DNA of 64,000 bases from Rhizodiscina lignyota (lineage: Eukaryota), in assembly GCA_010015805.1 (NCBI GenBank), contig ML978133.1, forward strand, positions 620,001 through 684,000, read 5' to 3'. Shown here piece by piece: positions 11,836 through 25,367 of this stretch (the first letter of the stretch is position 1; each line of letters opens with the position of its first letter). Both the position numbers and the translations under genes were made by a program. Below the pieces are notes generated by a model. The model saw only the letters and a list, made by a program, of their open reading frames with translations. It was not told where the DNA came from and did not search any database.

Positions 11836-12100
11836 AGCCCCGACGTAGAGGATAAGCTCCTTTACCCCTGAGCCACGGCGCAATTCACAGTGATTGGACA
11901 GCCGTTCGCGACCGCGCCTTGCATGCTGTTGATGAGTAAGACCATTTCCTCTAATTGACAATGCGTAAGAAAGGCGCATGATTCATAATACATCGATTAC
12001 CCAAAGGTCGGCGAAGTCGTCGGTTGGCAGACGTCCCTTAGGTAGTCCTACTGCATATGCTCGTGCGCCTGCAGCTCTTCAGGCCTACAGCTCTTGAAGG

Positions 12101-13327
12101 ATGGCGGTGGGTATGTTTTTGCTCGTCTTTACGGGAACATTCGTCCTAGCTCTGGTTCCAATACTCGCCATGAGTCTATTGTCGAAGAGGAAGAATCAAT
12201 TTCCTGTCACTGGGAGGGTAAGCTACCAGAACACCGTTTTGTTCGTGATGGGCCCTAACTCTCGATACAGACCGTTATCCTCACAGGTGCCTCTCAAGGC
12301 ATGGGACGAGGGGTGGCGAAGCTACTGGCTCAGAAAGGCGCCAACGTTGCGATAGTTGCGCGGGATCTGAAGAAACTCGATGCAGCTCTGGAGTACATAC
12401 GCGTCTGTTTGCGATTCCTCATTCGTGCTGTTACCCAATGCTAACTGATAGCAGGCCGCAGCATCCTCACCCTCTCAGCGATTCATCCGTATCTCGGCCG
12501 ACCTCACGAAGTACGAAGAGAACATCAGAGTAATTGAAGAAGTCACAAAGTGGAACGGTGGACAGCCTCCGGATATCGTCTGGGCTATCGCTGGGACCTC
12601 AATACCCAAGCTGTTTCTCGATGCGGACATTAAGACTCTTCGCGACCAGATGGATATCAACTACTGGGCTGGGGCATTCATGGCACAAGCTTCGCTCAAG
12701 GCGTGGTTCGGGCCGTACATCGACTCGTACAGTGCTCCTCCACCAGATCCCAAAGCTGCTGCAAAGAGCAAGGAAAAGCCTCCGCCCAGACATGTCATCC
12801 TTACATCCTCATCTGCAGCTTTCGTTGGTGTCACTGGCTATGGCATATATTCTCCTCCAAAGGCTGCGCTACGTAGCCTATGCGACAACGTACAATCAGA
12901 ACTCAATCTTTACCATGGCGCGTTCGCCTCTCGGCCTTCAAGCACGCTCATACCACAAGTTAAGATCCACACCGTTTTCCCTGGCAACATCTCATCTCCC
13001 GGACACGCCGCCGAAGATTTGATAAAGCATCCAGTTACTTTCGCTCTGGAGAAAGACGACCCAATGCAATCTGAGGACGAAGTCGCTGCTGCTGCAGTGG
13101 CTGGACTGGAAAGAGGAGACTACCTGATAATGACGAATTGGCTCGGGCATTTGATGAGATGGGGAACGATGAGTGGAAGCCCAAGAAATGGATGGGGGTT
13201 GTTGGACACTGTTATGAGCTGGATAGTGAACGTCGCGTGGTTATTTATTGGACCGGATATGGAGCGGACGGTGTGGAAGTGGGGAAAAGCAAATGGGATA
13301 TATGGCAAAGACGGGAGGAAAGGATAA
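12101..13327 (+). CDS. TSC10: 3-ketodihydrosphingosine reductase (SDR)
   Basis: Hydrophobic N-terminus, [12 protein letters not shown] after intron 1, [18 protein letters not shown] (YxxxK) and a C-terminal membrane segment. Two introns. Confidence 0.9.
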
Positions 13328-14108
13328 ATAATTCAACAAATTTTTCATTCCTTAATGATACGTGTAATGGGCTTCCCAGAGGCACAAGATGAGGCTATGG
13401 CATGAGCAATGCGAGTGTAAGTGGCCAATTGGCCGACCTGGAAATCCCGTTTCTCATTGTATAACTCAGCTCGTCACAATAATCTGTGGTCCAGATCCTG
13501 CTTGCCGGTACTTCTGCGATTAGAAGGCCGCCATTCTGTCCTCGAACACTGCTGCTCTAGCACATCAATTCTGTTGTCGTCCTCTGCACTTGTCTCCATG
13601 TGACGAAGAGACACCAGCAATTATTTACTGCAAGAACTTCTCTCATACGCGTTGGTCGCCTCAAACACTCTCTTGTCGATAAGTCGGTTCAATGTCTGAA
13701 AATTTGCATCACCAGCATTACTCCGGATTGAAAGAACTGGCTCGGAGATAGCAGTAATTGTGCAATAAAGCCTTAAGTTCTCCCTTGTAAAGAACCATTC
13801 AAAGGTTCAGAACCCTTAAGAAGCTCTTAAGAATACACAATCTGTATTTGAAGCAGTCAGGTGAATGAACTATCCGAGACTTCATAAATGGCGAGGGCGG
13901 TAAACAAAGGATAGCAGCGGAGCTACAACGCCACAAACTGTTAAGCAACACACACCTCATGGCTTTCCGTTTCACCCAAATTAGGCTTCCACGGAGCAAC
14001 GGGTTGACCAGGCAGCAATTTTTTTCAAACTAGCGTATAAAGTCACTGAATATAAAATCCTCCCCACCCTTCCCTCCAACTTTCTTCCACTTCCATCAAC
14101 AGTTCGCA

Positions 14109-15179
14109 ATGGGGAATGGCCAATCCCGCCAGACGGGGGCTTCCTCTGCTCCAGCCATGCCTCGTTCCAAGGTAAATTCTCGCAAAGCCTCACTCACAAC
14201 AAAGAACACCACTACTTCTCACCCGTTGCGCATTTGAACAGAAGTCCCTCAAACCAGCTTGCCTACCAAGTCAAAATGCGAACAACACGTCGATCGCAGC
14301 TCTCTCTGAGCCTAGGAAGCACCTTGAAGGATGGTCTGATGCTCAGTACGTAAACACTCTTCCGAGAAACAAGACTTGAATGGGGCCTTGCATTTGATTT
14401 TGGCCAGGAAGCAAGCGTTTTTCGGCAAACTAGAGTTTCTGAGGTTCCCCGCGGAGCTGCGACTGATGGTCTACGATATCCTCCTCCTGAGTGCAACGGA
14501 GTACATTGAACTCGAGGAGCAGCCTGCCCGCACTGGTCCACTCTTCCAAGCAACCCTCCGGTCGAAATTAGGCATCTCAACTGTCATCCTTCGCACCTGC
14601 CGCCAAATCAATGAAGAAGGAATGCGCACCCTCTACGGCATGAACCACTTCAAGCTGCAAATTAGGGACAAGCGACACCATTTATTCGATGCTAGCTTGC
14701 CTAAGCTTCGCGAGATACCACTGAATAGGATCAAGACTCTAACAATCATCATTTATACCAACCCCCACTACCCCGACTCTAATGACCTCACCACCTGGGT
14801 TTTGGAGCGGGAGAAAAGGCGTAAGCGTTGTCACTTCTTCGCTGAGATGTCTGCGCTACAATCCGTGTCAGTCGGCATCACGGAACGCGCGCATTTCCTG
14901 CTCAATACTCCTCGGAGCGCCCTAGTCAGCATTGCTGGTGACATCGGCTGCGTTCGCTATCTTATGAGGGGGATTCCCAAGGCCGTGGAGCTCAAGTGGA
15001 TTCAGCCATCGATGAAGGCGGGTGTCCTCTCAACAACCGAGGATGGTGTGACTAGATTCCGGTATAATGGCACTGCTCTGGCAGTCAGCAGGCTCGAAGG
15101 GATAGAGGAACACAGCAGTGCGATTCGAGGGACGGAGGCATGCCTAAAGAGTCGTGCGGTTTCGAATAGCAAGAAGTAA
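14109..15179 (+). CDS. F-box-like (2EXR/DUF7730-type) protein with an N-terminal MGNGQS myristoylation-like motif
   Basis: Exons 14109-14171, 14242-14345 and 14408-15179 splice in frame (GTAAAT..CAG, GTACGT..CAG). Motifs FLRFPAELRLMVYDILL and ILRTCRQINEEG...LYGMNHF. Confidence 0.75.
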
Positions 15180-15377
15180 GGTGAAAGAGACTGCAGGGAC
15201 CAAGATCTCTAAAGCTTGCAGAGAAGGCGTGAAGTTGAGGAATAGGGTTCATTGACGGGTAAAAAGGGGGCTTCAGCGAGAGATACAAAGCGTGTGCCAA
15301 TGTTTTCACAGTGATGGTTAGATCGGCTCGATACGACGTGCTGGCGAGCTTTGCCTTTCTGCACAAGATGTCATTAG

Positions 15378-16271
15378 TTACGACCACTTCTTGACGAATT
15401 CCATCAGTGCTCCATCCACAATGTCCGGGTGACTCGCGCTCAAATAATGCTGGCCGCCATTTACTACCTGTAGCTTCGCCTCCTTCGCGTTCACAAACAG
15501 CTTGATCTCCTCCTGCGCATTTTGAACACTATACGCAGCGTCTTTATCGCCATGCATCCACAGCACCGGACATCTCACCTCCGGCAAGCGATTATGCATC
15601 CCATCTCTATCCCTCAGGTTGATGCAGCACTCCTTCAACCTCAGCCTGCCCTCATCGCCACTGTAGTTCTGCATCAACTCCTTGTTCCAGAACTCCACAG
15701 CCGACGAATTGATGTCCTGCCCGAAGCCCGTAAAGATGGGAAACTTGCGAAACTCCTCGCTGATGACGAAATCCGGCGTCGGCGTCGGCGACTGCAGGTC
15801 CGCGATTGGCTGCGTGAGCGTCCCTAGACAGTCGAAGTTTCCCAACTCCCTGCTCCTGTCGCTCTCGTAGTCCAGGCTCGTCCCCAGCGGAATGATACCT
15901 GCCACGCGATGCGGCTGCAGCAGCGCCATCCGCACCACGATCCAGCCCCCTTGACTCGTCCCCAGGGCGAATATCTTTCCCTGTATGCCTAAAGCGTCGA
16001 GCACCTGGAAGACCATGATCGCAGTGTCCCAGTATGTAAAAGTCGGCGTGCTCGTGCGGGTCTGGCCGTGGCCGTATGGTTCGATGGCGACGATGTTCAT
16101 CGCATCTAGGAGGTCCTTGTTCTGGTATTGTGCGGCGTAGAGATCAGATGTCATGGTGAAACTATTAATGAGGACGCAGGTGGGTTTAGACGGGTCGTAT
16201 GGACGGGGCATTTGGTACGCCGCATCCGTCCCAAAAAGATGCGGGACTGTGACGGTTTTGGTGTTTGGCAT
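15378..16271 (-). CDS. Alpha/beta hydrolase
   Basis: Intronless; probable start MPNTK at 16271. PYGHGQT, nucleophile elbow GTSQGG, HGDKD acid and GGQH His motifs. Confidence 0.88.
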   Translation of the reverse strand: MPNTKTVTVPHLFGTDAAYQMPRPYDPSKPTCVLINSFTMTSDLYAAQYQNKDLLDAMNIVAIEPYGHGQTRTSTPTFTYWDTAIMVFQVLDALGIQGKIFALGTSQGGWIVVRMALLQPHRVAGIIPLGTSLDYESDRSRELGNFDCLGTLTQPIADLQSPTPTPDFVISEEFRKFPIFTGFGQDINSSAVEFWNKELMQNYSGDEGRLRLKECCINLRDRDGMHNRLPEVRCPVLWMHGDKDAAYSVQNAQEEIKLFVNAKEAKLQVVNGGQHYLSASHPDIVDGALMEFVKKWS

Positions 16272-16834
16272 TGTGGATAATGCGAATACTACTTTCTTAC
16301 TGTGAGTATTGAAATACAGAGTTTCAATTGGAGTTACGAGATGGTAGCTGGGATATAAAGACGACAAATGGAATCAAGGACCAGACGACAGAAGGAAATA
16401 TCGCAAACGGAGGCATGATAGAACTTAGCTCGTCGCTGAAGCTGTATGTACATATCCGAGGATCCAGACCCCGCATCCTGTTCACTGTGTAGGTGGGAGG
16501 TCCAGCTTGCACTAGACTGCGGGAACGGAGGAAACTCATGACACGCTTTTGGAGTGAATTGGAGGGTGCCCAGTCGACTTTAAAAGACCGAGAGCCTTGT
16601 CGTCACTGTACAGGGGTGTGTAATACGACACTTGAACTGGGGAGTCTTGGCATTGTCTGGGCACCCAGATACACATGAAATAGTGAATTATGAATAGATC
16701 GCAGGTCATCAGTCAATATAGATTCTGATTGGCAAAGGGCGACTAGATGCTCTATCATGCCGTTGAGTTCAAATACGCAATACCGATTTTCCAATGCTGC
16801 AAACGCCGGATCCATGGCATCAAGTACAGCGCCT

Positions 16835-18824
16835 TTAAAGCTGTGCTTGCTCTCCACCGAGCTTCTTCGTAACAAAGGCTCCGAAATAGTCATTCAGAGC
16901 ATCAATAGTACCACTGCCCTCCACCAGCTTGACCACGCACCCAACATAACCATCCGGCCGCACAATCACGACTCCGCCCTCGTCTTGGTCGAGCCCCATC
17001 TTTGCGTGTGCAGCGGCTTTCGAATCTGGAACGCGATGGTCCCAGATGTCGTCCGCGTATACGTGGTCCCTGTATCGCGCTAAAACGGGAGGTAGTGCCT
17101 CGCTAATGTCTACGCTTGCTCTCGGTGCATTGAAGACGGTTGCTACTGTGAAGAACTTTGAGTGTGGGTTCTCCCGCTCGTGATACGATACGCTGTCTAC
17201 GTCTTCGCGCGTGAAGGCTCCGAAGAATGAGCGCTTCGAACCGAGGCCACGAGCGAGGTCGTTGATAGCGCGGTGCGTAGTCGAGGGCTTGCCAGCGAAT
17301 ACGTAGATGCGGAACGAGCCATTTAGGGGGATCTCTTGCTCGAGATGGACAACGTTTGCATCGACAATGCGAGTCACGGTGGCTGGGATGAGAATACGGC
17401 CGGTTCGGAGCTTCGTGTTTTCTGGGTAAGTGAGGAAGAGAGGCGATCGAGCTGAATGATCAGCAGACCAGTTGAAGATGTTTGGATCGTACGCGACGCC
17501 ATAGCCAGAGGTGAACTCGCAGCTCGCCTTGAAAGTCTTCACGAACTCGTTTTCCTCGGCGGGTTCGTCTTTGTGTGCGCCTGCCACCTCGCCCGCCGAG
17601 GGCAGACGTGCCGAGAAGAGCTTCGCATACTTTGCGTCAAAGTTGAGGAGATTGTCGGCAATAAGCTTACGCTCGGTTTCGTAAGTTGAGAGGATATTGC
17701 GGGATGCGAAGCCAGATTCAACATGGTGGATCTTCCATGCGAAGTTCTGGGCGTCCAGGAAAGCAGTGTTCATGCCTTGCCCTGCCTTGGGCTGCGGAGC
17801 TTGTCAGCATGCTGTAAAATTACCCAATAATTGCAAAGCTAAATCTTACGCTATGAGTGTGGCAGCAGTCGCCACCCATGAATACTCGCTCGTCTAGGGT
17901 GTACTTCTCTGCGATGCCCTGTCCGATTGGATATACTGAGTACCATTCGACACGGTCCCACTCAATATAATAAGGTTGTAATATTTTCCTCGCGTGGTCT
18001 TGCACCTCCTGCTCCGTTGCGGATTTTCTTGGATTCCAGTCCGGATCGGTTGAAGATGCAATCTGTATGTATAATCGAACCATGTTGTCTTCTCGAGGAA
18101 TGACCATGATCGAACCGGCATCTGAGTGTATTGTGCATTTCATCTACCGAAATGTTAGTAGACAGCCTTGACTGGTCAATGGCATAGGCACCTTGATATC
18201 TGGGAAATCTGTCCGCACCACGCCATCCATGACACCCCAGACATGCGCAATTGGATCCTTGTAGTGCATCTGGACTCCAAGCTTTTCCCTTACGAAGCTC
18301 CTCGCGCCCTCCCCACTGAACAAATACTTTGTGCGGACTGTCTCCCGAGCCTCTCCGTCAACATGCGCCAAGCTGACCTCCACTGGATATTCGGTGTCCA
18401 TGCCATTGTTCTCAAACCCGGTAATCGTCCATGGTCTCTGGATCCTCCCCCCATTCTTCTCGATATCCGCAATGAATACTCTCTCGATCAAGCCCTGATG
18501 TAGCAGTGTTGTGAACGGGTACCGCGCGTCTATGAATTTCGGACAGCTCGCCCACGTCCCCGTCCTCTGTATGCCCCTAGCGCTTGGATCCCAAAATGCG
18601 ACCTCGTACACTTTCGCTGGCTCGTGCGCCATGACTGCGCGTTTAAGGCCCATGTTTCGGAGAAGGTCGAGAGAGCGCGGTTGAATTCCGTCGGCACGAC
18701 CGGTGGGTGTAGGTTCTGCCCTGTTGTCGATGTGCTTGACTTTGTAGCCCCATCTCTGCATGATGGTCCCCAGCATGAGTCCCACAGGACCGGCACCAAT
18801 GATTACTATGTCATACTTCTCCAT
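16835..18824 (-). CDS. FAD-dependent phenol 2-monooxygenase (phenol hydroxylase family)
   Basis: [35 protein letters not shown] across intron 2, and a C-terminal dimerisation domain ([11 protein letters not shown]). Two introns. TATAAAA near 18965-18971 on the minus strand. Confidence 0.93.
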
Positions 18825-19757
18825 GGTGTTGAGAGAACCGGAAGAAGCAAATAAAGGGAAGGAGAGAGGGTATCGGAGATGTAATGAAAGAAACAACAAG
18901 AGAATAGCGCGGGTATAATCGCCAACACTTATAACACTCCAGAGGCCTTAACGAGGCATGTTCATTTTATAGAGCTTCACTGCGGTTAGTCGCGGTGGAG
19001 GTGCAGTGAGGCGAAGGTTGGAGGAAATTCGGAGGTGATAGCTCCCACGGTAGCGAAAGCGGCATCGTGAATCGCCAATGCAGCGGCGAAGCTATCACTC
19101 GCTGTGTCATCGTAGGTTGCACCCGTCCCAGCTGGGATCCCGTGCGCGTCGATGATGCGCGCCGGTGGGGTCTGAGAGATACAGGAGGTCACGGAAGACA
19201 GACTCGGTACGTGAAATAAAGGGCGGGGTGGCCAAGAGACTCGGTCGGCCAGCATTTTATCCGTCTGGACTCGGCCTTTTCGGGCGACTGGTGGACTTTA
19301 GGGATTGTGAATAGAATACCAATGCTTCCGTAATACCTCCGTTCTCACTCTCGGATAGATGCCGTTCGACGGAGCGCTGCGCTGTCTGCGGCCACAGAGA
19401 TGGGCTTTTGCATGTAATCTACTCCGTACCCTCTCCCGGGTGCCATTTCCGGTACTTTACCCTTCACGACGTATTTCCGTTATTTCCTACACCGTCTCAT
19501 TGTTCCTGATTGGGCGCATGGGCTTGATACGAAACCGCTCTATGAGCATTTCGACCGAGAGCGGCTGTTGGTAACTGTGCGGAGGACCCACGAAGTAATC
19601 TTGTCTCCACGATCAGCTAAGATTCGGAGCCTTCTCCTCTCCACATCCCGAGTTACCCAGTTGAGATTAGAACTGGTATCAAGTCATATTCGTAGCGAAG
19701 ACACATATTTCTCTAATGTAAAACTCTCTGGCCACGCAAAGTGCAACTATCCTCTCA

Positions 19758-21632
19758 ATGGCTCCGTTGAACGTGAACTCGGCGATCCTTGGGTCCCTCT
19801 TGCGACCAGACGCCTGGCTATTGATTGGCGTCCTTGCTGTCGTGGGCTATGTCGTGTACGAGCGCTTCCTGTCCCCTTGTGCAGGCATTCCGGGGCCTTT
19901 CTTCGCCAGCCTCTCCCGCTGGTGGATGATCAAGCATACTCTGGAGGGAGATATGCACAGAGTCATGATCCAGCAGCATGAAAAATACGGAAGCCTTGTC
20001 AGGACAGGGCCGAATGAATTGAGCATATCAGACCTCAGCGCAATAAGGAAAATATATGGTAGGACAAAGAGGAACTGTAGCGTGTGGACTGGCGCTAACG
20101 CCCTTCACAGGCCCCGGGTCGAAGTTCAGAAAGTCGGACTGGTACTCTGTGTGGCAGGGCCACCGGAAGTTCGATCTGTTTGCGGAGAGAAATGAGAGCA
20201 TACATGGCGCACAACGAAAGCTGGTGGCCAGAGCCTATGCGATGGAAACGTTGAAAGACCTCGAAGAATATGTCAATAATGCCACTCGTGTCTTCATTCA
20301 ACGAATGGACGAGATGCAAGACCAGGTTGTGGATATGGGAAAATGGGTTCAATTGTATGCATTTGGTATGTACACCGCTTCCTCGGCCCTCCACGTCCGA
20401 ACCTGATATCCTATCCAGACGTTATTGGTGAGATTACATTCTCAAAGCGCTTCGGCTTCATGGACGTTGGTGAAGATGATGGGACATTCGGTGCCATTGA
20501 AGGTATATTAGGATCGGCATCCTGGATAGGCCAAGTCCCATGGCTCTTCTGGTTACACGATTATCTTCAACCTGTAATTGGAAATCACCTGAAGGTCAAC
20601 GCCCGCCACGGCGGTGTCCGTAACTTTGCAGCTCGTGAAGTCGCCGCTCGGAAGGATCGCGGCAGTGACCACAACGATATTCTAAGCAAGCTGTTTGCGG
20701 TGCAGAAAGACAAGCCCGAGTTTGAGGACACTTCCGTGCTGTCCATGGCGACGTCAAATGTAGCTGCGGGTAGTGACACGACTGCCATCTCTTTGCGCGC
20801 AATGGTGTGGTATTTGCTCAAATACCCAGAGTGCAAGCAGAAGCTCGTCGAGGAGATTGATGAGAGACGGAGGCAGGGCAAACTTAGCGATCCCGTCCAG
20901 CTTGAGGAGGCCGATCAGATGCCTTACCTGCAAGCTGTCATGTGGGAAGCGCTGCGGCTTCACCCGGCCGTCGGCATGAGTTTGCCACGAGTTGTGCCAG
21001 TAGGTGGGACGGAATTCGATGGCCATTACTTGCCTGCTGGTGTACGTTATGACTTAATCTCAGTAGGCATGGCCGTGAAAGCTGACGTGTGTTCGCACAG
21101 ACTATTGTGGGAGTCAATCCGTGGGTTGTCCAACGGAACAAAGAGGTTTATGGCGAGGATGTTGAAACGTTCAGACCTGAGCGTTGGTTGAACAAAGAGG
21201 ACAAAGGCGACATGCGTACGAGTCGACTCGCCGAAATGCCTTACGGTTTGAACTGACGCATGTTGTAGAGCGGTATTTCTTCGCTTTTGGCGCTGGAGCA
21301 AGGCTTTGCATTGGAAAGAGTAGGTGCAGTGTAAATTGTTGGATGCTATACACCGCTAATACCGTCATAGACATAAGTTGGCTTGAAATGTCAAAGGTGA
21401 GCTCGTGTCTCCAGATTCTGCCCGATGATCTACTGACTGTGCGCGCAAATGCAGCTTATTCCGACATTGTTCATGCACTTTGATATCACCCTTGAAGATT
21501 CGGACGCAGAGTTGAAGGAAACATGCTGGTAAGTTCTTGAAGTGGTCGTTCATTGTTTCGGCTGACATTCGCAGGTGGTTCGTGATCCAGAAGGGCTTGA
21601 ATGTGAAGCTGAATCGTCGTATCCGTGCCTAA
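19758..21632 (+). CDS. Cytochrome P450 (pisatin demethylase/CYP57-like group), multi-exon
   Basis: N-terminal anchor, [14 protein letters not shown]-helix [17 protein letters not shown] and heme motif [10 protein letters not shown]. Several short canonical introns. Confidence 0.92.
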
Positions 21633-24600
21633 GGAGTAAGTAGCAGCTGTAGTCTAAATTTGGTTGTGACCCCAATGTTACTGTTGCCGACGGTGACGCC
21701 GTCCCGTATCTACGTGTCCTGTTGATGCTCCCTCTTCACAACCACCATTTCTTTGCCCAGTTCGCCCTTCACCTTGCAACACGACAAATATGTTCTCTTC
21801 ATCCCAGAACCACCATACTGTCCTTCCTCCCTCTGGCTGTTACTCTCAGCCATAACGAGATGGATCCAAACGCACCCGCCTGCTCCCTCTCCCTCCGCAC
21901 CGAAGCCGAAGCCCAAAAGTGGTTCGAAGATAACTTATGTCCTACACACAACGCGACAGCTGTTGTCATGCCCCAATACACCTCTCGGCAGAGTACAATA
22001 TCGCCATGGGCAAGATGACACTGGTGCGAGAGGAGATTCGAGAGTCCTTCAGGGAAAACTTGACGGAAGCCTCGGCGGACGTCGAGAATCTGAGGCAGGA
22101 AGCCTTGCTGCTTGAGTAGACCTTCGGTAGTGCGCATCCTTTCGGAGGCGACATACTCCTTCTAACGCTTTAATCATGGGAAGGGAAGCATCCCAATAAC
22201 AAGCATCAGCTTTGGTATACAAGGGAGGAAACTCCTCTCAGCAAGCGCTACCGTGAACACTCCCGTAGCTCTCTCAGCCAGCACTGTGACTCCATCAAAG
22301 GCAACAATATGATCTCTTCTCGCAGTGCTTTGAAAGAATAGGCATAAATGGTAACGGATTGGCAGATGTTACAATGCCGAGGGAGACACAGAGTGAAACG
22401 GCGACGTCTATGCTACTGGTGCAGCACGTCCATGTTCTCTGTGCAGCGCCAGACAACCCAGTGTCTGTCTCGATACCTGGATTGGGATGGAATAGGTACT
22501 CAAACTGAATCGTCAATTGCATGCCAGGGCCATCACCGCTACCAGATGTGAACCGCTTAAGGCCTGAAAAAGGTGTCCCAGGTGGCTTTTACAGGATATG
22601 ATGAACATCTCTTCAGGGACCAAGTCTGTTCCAAGAGGGGTGACGGGTCGTCTAAGCCAGGGACGAGTTGCTGTTACGATTGATACTCCCAAACTTGTGC
22701 TTGGATCTGCTGTCAAGCACCACTGGCCCATCTTATTCCGCTTTGCCAATGTTTTGGCAACATGGTCTCAGACTCCTCAATTCTTCAATTGACATGAAAG
22801 CTCCGGCGGAGCCGACATGCACATTGGCTATGCATTGCTTTACCACTTGAGTCGGTACATTGCACTTTCCTCCCTTAGCATTTAGCATCTGAGCTCAAGT
22901 CACTGCGGAGTCTTTGCTTTCTGGTGCTGCGGATGTCATTTGCGAAGAGATGATTGATGTTTGACCGTCGTCAGGAATCAATATGAAAGAGCTTGGGTTG
23001 GTGCAGCCAATGATCGATGCCATCGATCATACGAGGAGATTTATCGTCCCCCTTTCACAATAATGAGTCCTGATCCGTTCTGAGCGTCGATGCGAAGTGT
23101 AATTTCAGCGATTCCGGTACCAGCAGTTGGCAAAACCACACAACGTGCTGTTCCAGGTGCTGAAGTATGCTCCATCCTGAGGTCGATGGTCCAATAGGGC
23201 CCGCATTTGGCTCGGTTCCAGGACACTGAGGACACTGGACCTTCAATGTCCTTGCTCTTTCTCTCCTGCCCCGCAGAGGCCTGCAAAAGTACCTAGCTGA
23301 GAAAACGGGGTTCGCCGTCCGGGGCGTGCGCTCGGTTCAGGGGCTTGCACGTGACCGCCGCTTCACTCCAACGTCTTGTCTTGCAGTTGATGGCAGCGAC
23401 AAACGCCAGCGCTGCAAGATGCCCAAGTATTGACCATAAGACCTAGATCCTGCCTTGGACATGGTATAGTATCTGTTGCTCCATCGTCCTTGCTCTGTTC
23501 CTCTCTTCCAAAGCAGCTTCCATCGATTGTGCGATGGGAATCTTGGACAAACGCTCGCGTCCGGCAGGATGGGCAATGCCATATTTAGCCCTTGAGCAGT
23601 CGTATTGTTCTCTCCAAATGTGCTACCATGCAGCTACAGGCGGGCGTGGTTCAATCCTTCTCTACCCATGCTCACTGTGCTGCGAAAGGAGCCTCGTCGT
23701 ATCGTACTCGAATGTGCGCTTCAGGTTGAGTTAGCGCCATTCGTTATGACTTTGTGGAGGTATCGTGGTCGATGTAGGTCTCATGGCTATAGTGCCCATG
23801 ATTGTAGTTATGGTGGGAGCAACTATCCTGTGGATGAATGTCGACTGCGTCAATGTCGTCCACCTTTCCCTTGGGTAAAGTCTCTAGCAGTTCTCATTAT
23901 CATATCTCAATATGGAGGCCGGAGCTCCTGATTTCATACCTTGCTACTCAATATCTGGGTGGCTACGTGGTCTTAGAGGCGGAAGCTCGCGTCTCCGTCG
24001 CCAGGCTCACAGACTACCAGACATGCTGGCAGCATTGAAACTCTTCTGTTGCATCTCTTATTGTCTCCAGGCAGTTTCTTGACAGCGCATGCTCTCTCCC
24101 CGCCACGCTCCCTGAGTTGTGTCTTATAAACCTCCTCTGGTTGTGTGGCCATCATACAAGGTCGTGCTGGGCATAGAGCGGTTCGCGCCGCAGCTACTGC
24201 TGAGCGCTCGATCGTATGTTCATGCCAAAACGAAAGAATGTAGTGGTTGTCGTATCCTTAGGCCTTAAAAGAGGAGGTGCATAGGTTAAGCTTGAAAGGG
24301 AGAGAGGGAGGTGGACTTCGTTCGTTCGGCGTTGCGTTGACGTGTAGGGAATTTGGGCTAGGCCTAGGTAAAAGCTTTGTCGTGAAGCGCTTTTTTTGTT
24401 TGTCACTTCTCTTCTTTGCTGCAGCCTGGATAGGCTCTTCAAAATCGACGAAGAATGTTTGTCCACCGTACTGTCCTATCTATGCATAGCATCGTGCCCT
24501 GCCTTTGCTCTGGGTTGCTGTGGTGTCTATGAGCGGATGCCAAGCTATGACCACCTTTGCAAGAGCTGTTTATCTCCCAGTACCCTCTCCACAACCACCA

Positions 24601-25367
24601 TCCTCCACTCCACACGTTGCTCTAAAACCCTTTCAAAGTCGCTCTTCAGACCTTCTTCTGCCAGCCGAAATGCAAAAGAGGGCGTCCATCTAATCCGGTC
24701 CCCTAATCCCATCCCAATCTTCACTCAGAATCACTCTCGCCCTCCCGCGGCAACCGTGGCAACCGTGCGTCACTAGTGCGTTCTGCCTTACAAGAGCTCT
24801 TCTCCGCCGCCGCTCTTCCTCTTCCTCTTCGCACTCTCTCCAACCAACACCACCCACACTACAACAACCTTCTTCTCTTCATCAATACCCATCTACGACA
24901 CCAGCTGAGCTGGCTGTCAGAGATCTTGCCCCTTTGATCCTTTCTTGTCGCTGCCACTGCTCTGGAGAGCTCACTGCCTCTCAAATCACGCGTCACGCTC
25001 AAGTCTGACGCCACGGGAGCACACACAAACAACAAAATTCCAGCACACACTTAAGGTAAGCTGCGGCTTGGTATTGATGCATCTATTCCCCCTTCGGCCC
25101 TACGCGTTTGAGAGAGCCCGAGATCTCGAGAGCTCAAGATCTCATCGCCGTCGATGCTTGCCTTTTGTTTTCGAGCCGTGTCAAGCTCAGCTTGAAAAAA
25201 AAAAACACGCACACACACGCACCCTTTCGTTGTGCACCCAACTCCACACCGCACGCCTGGCCCCTTTCTTACAATATACATTACCACTCATGTACCTTTG
25301 AAGTTTCGATGTTCCTGTTGATAAAACAAAACGCGGTACGTCGACAGCTTTCCTTTTGTTTCTTTAC

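Noticed and set aside
21860..22119. Possible frameshifted small gene (MDPNAPAC.../...NLRQEALLLE)
   Set aside because: No recognisable domain, and no splice signals joining the frames.
23280..23330. GCTGAGA-containing stretch as a TPP riboswitch
   Set aside because: The downstream CTTGATC..TAATAC..GCG core is missing and there is no thiamine-related gene nearby.
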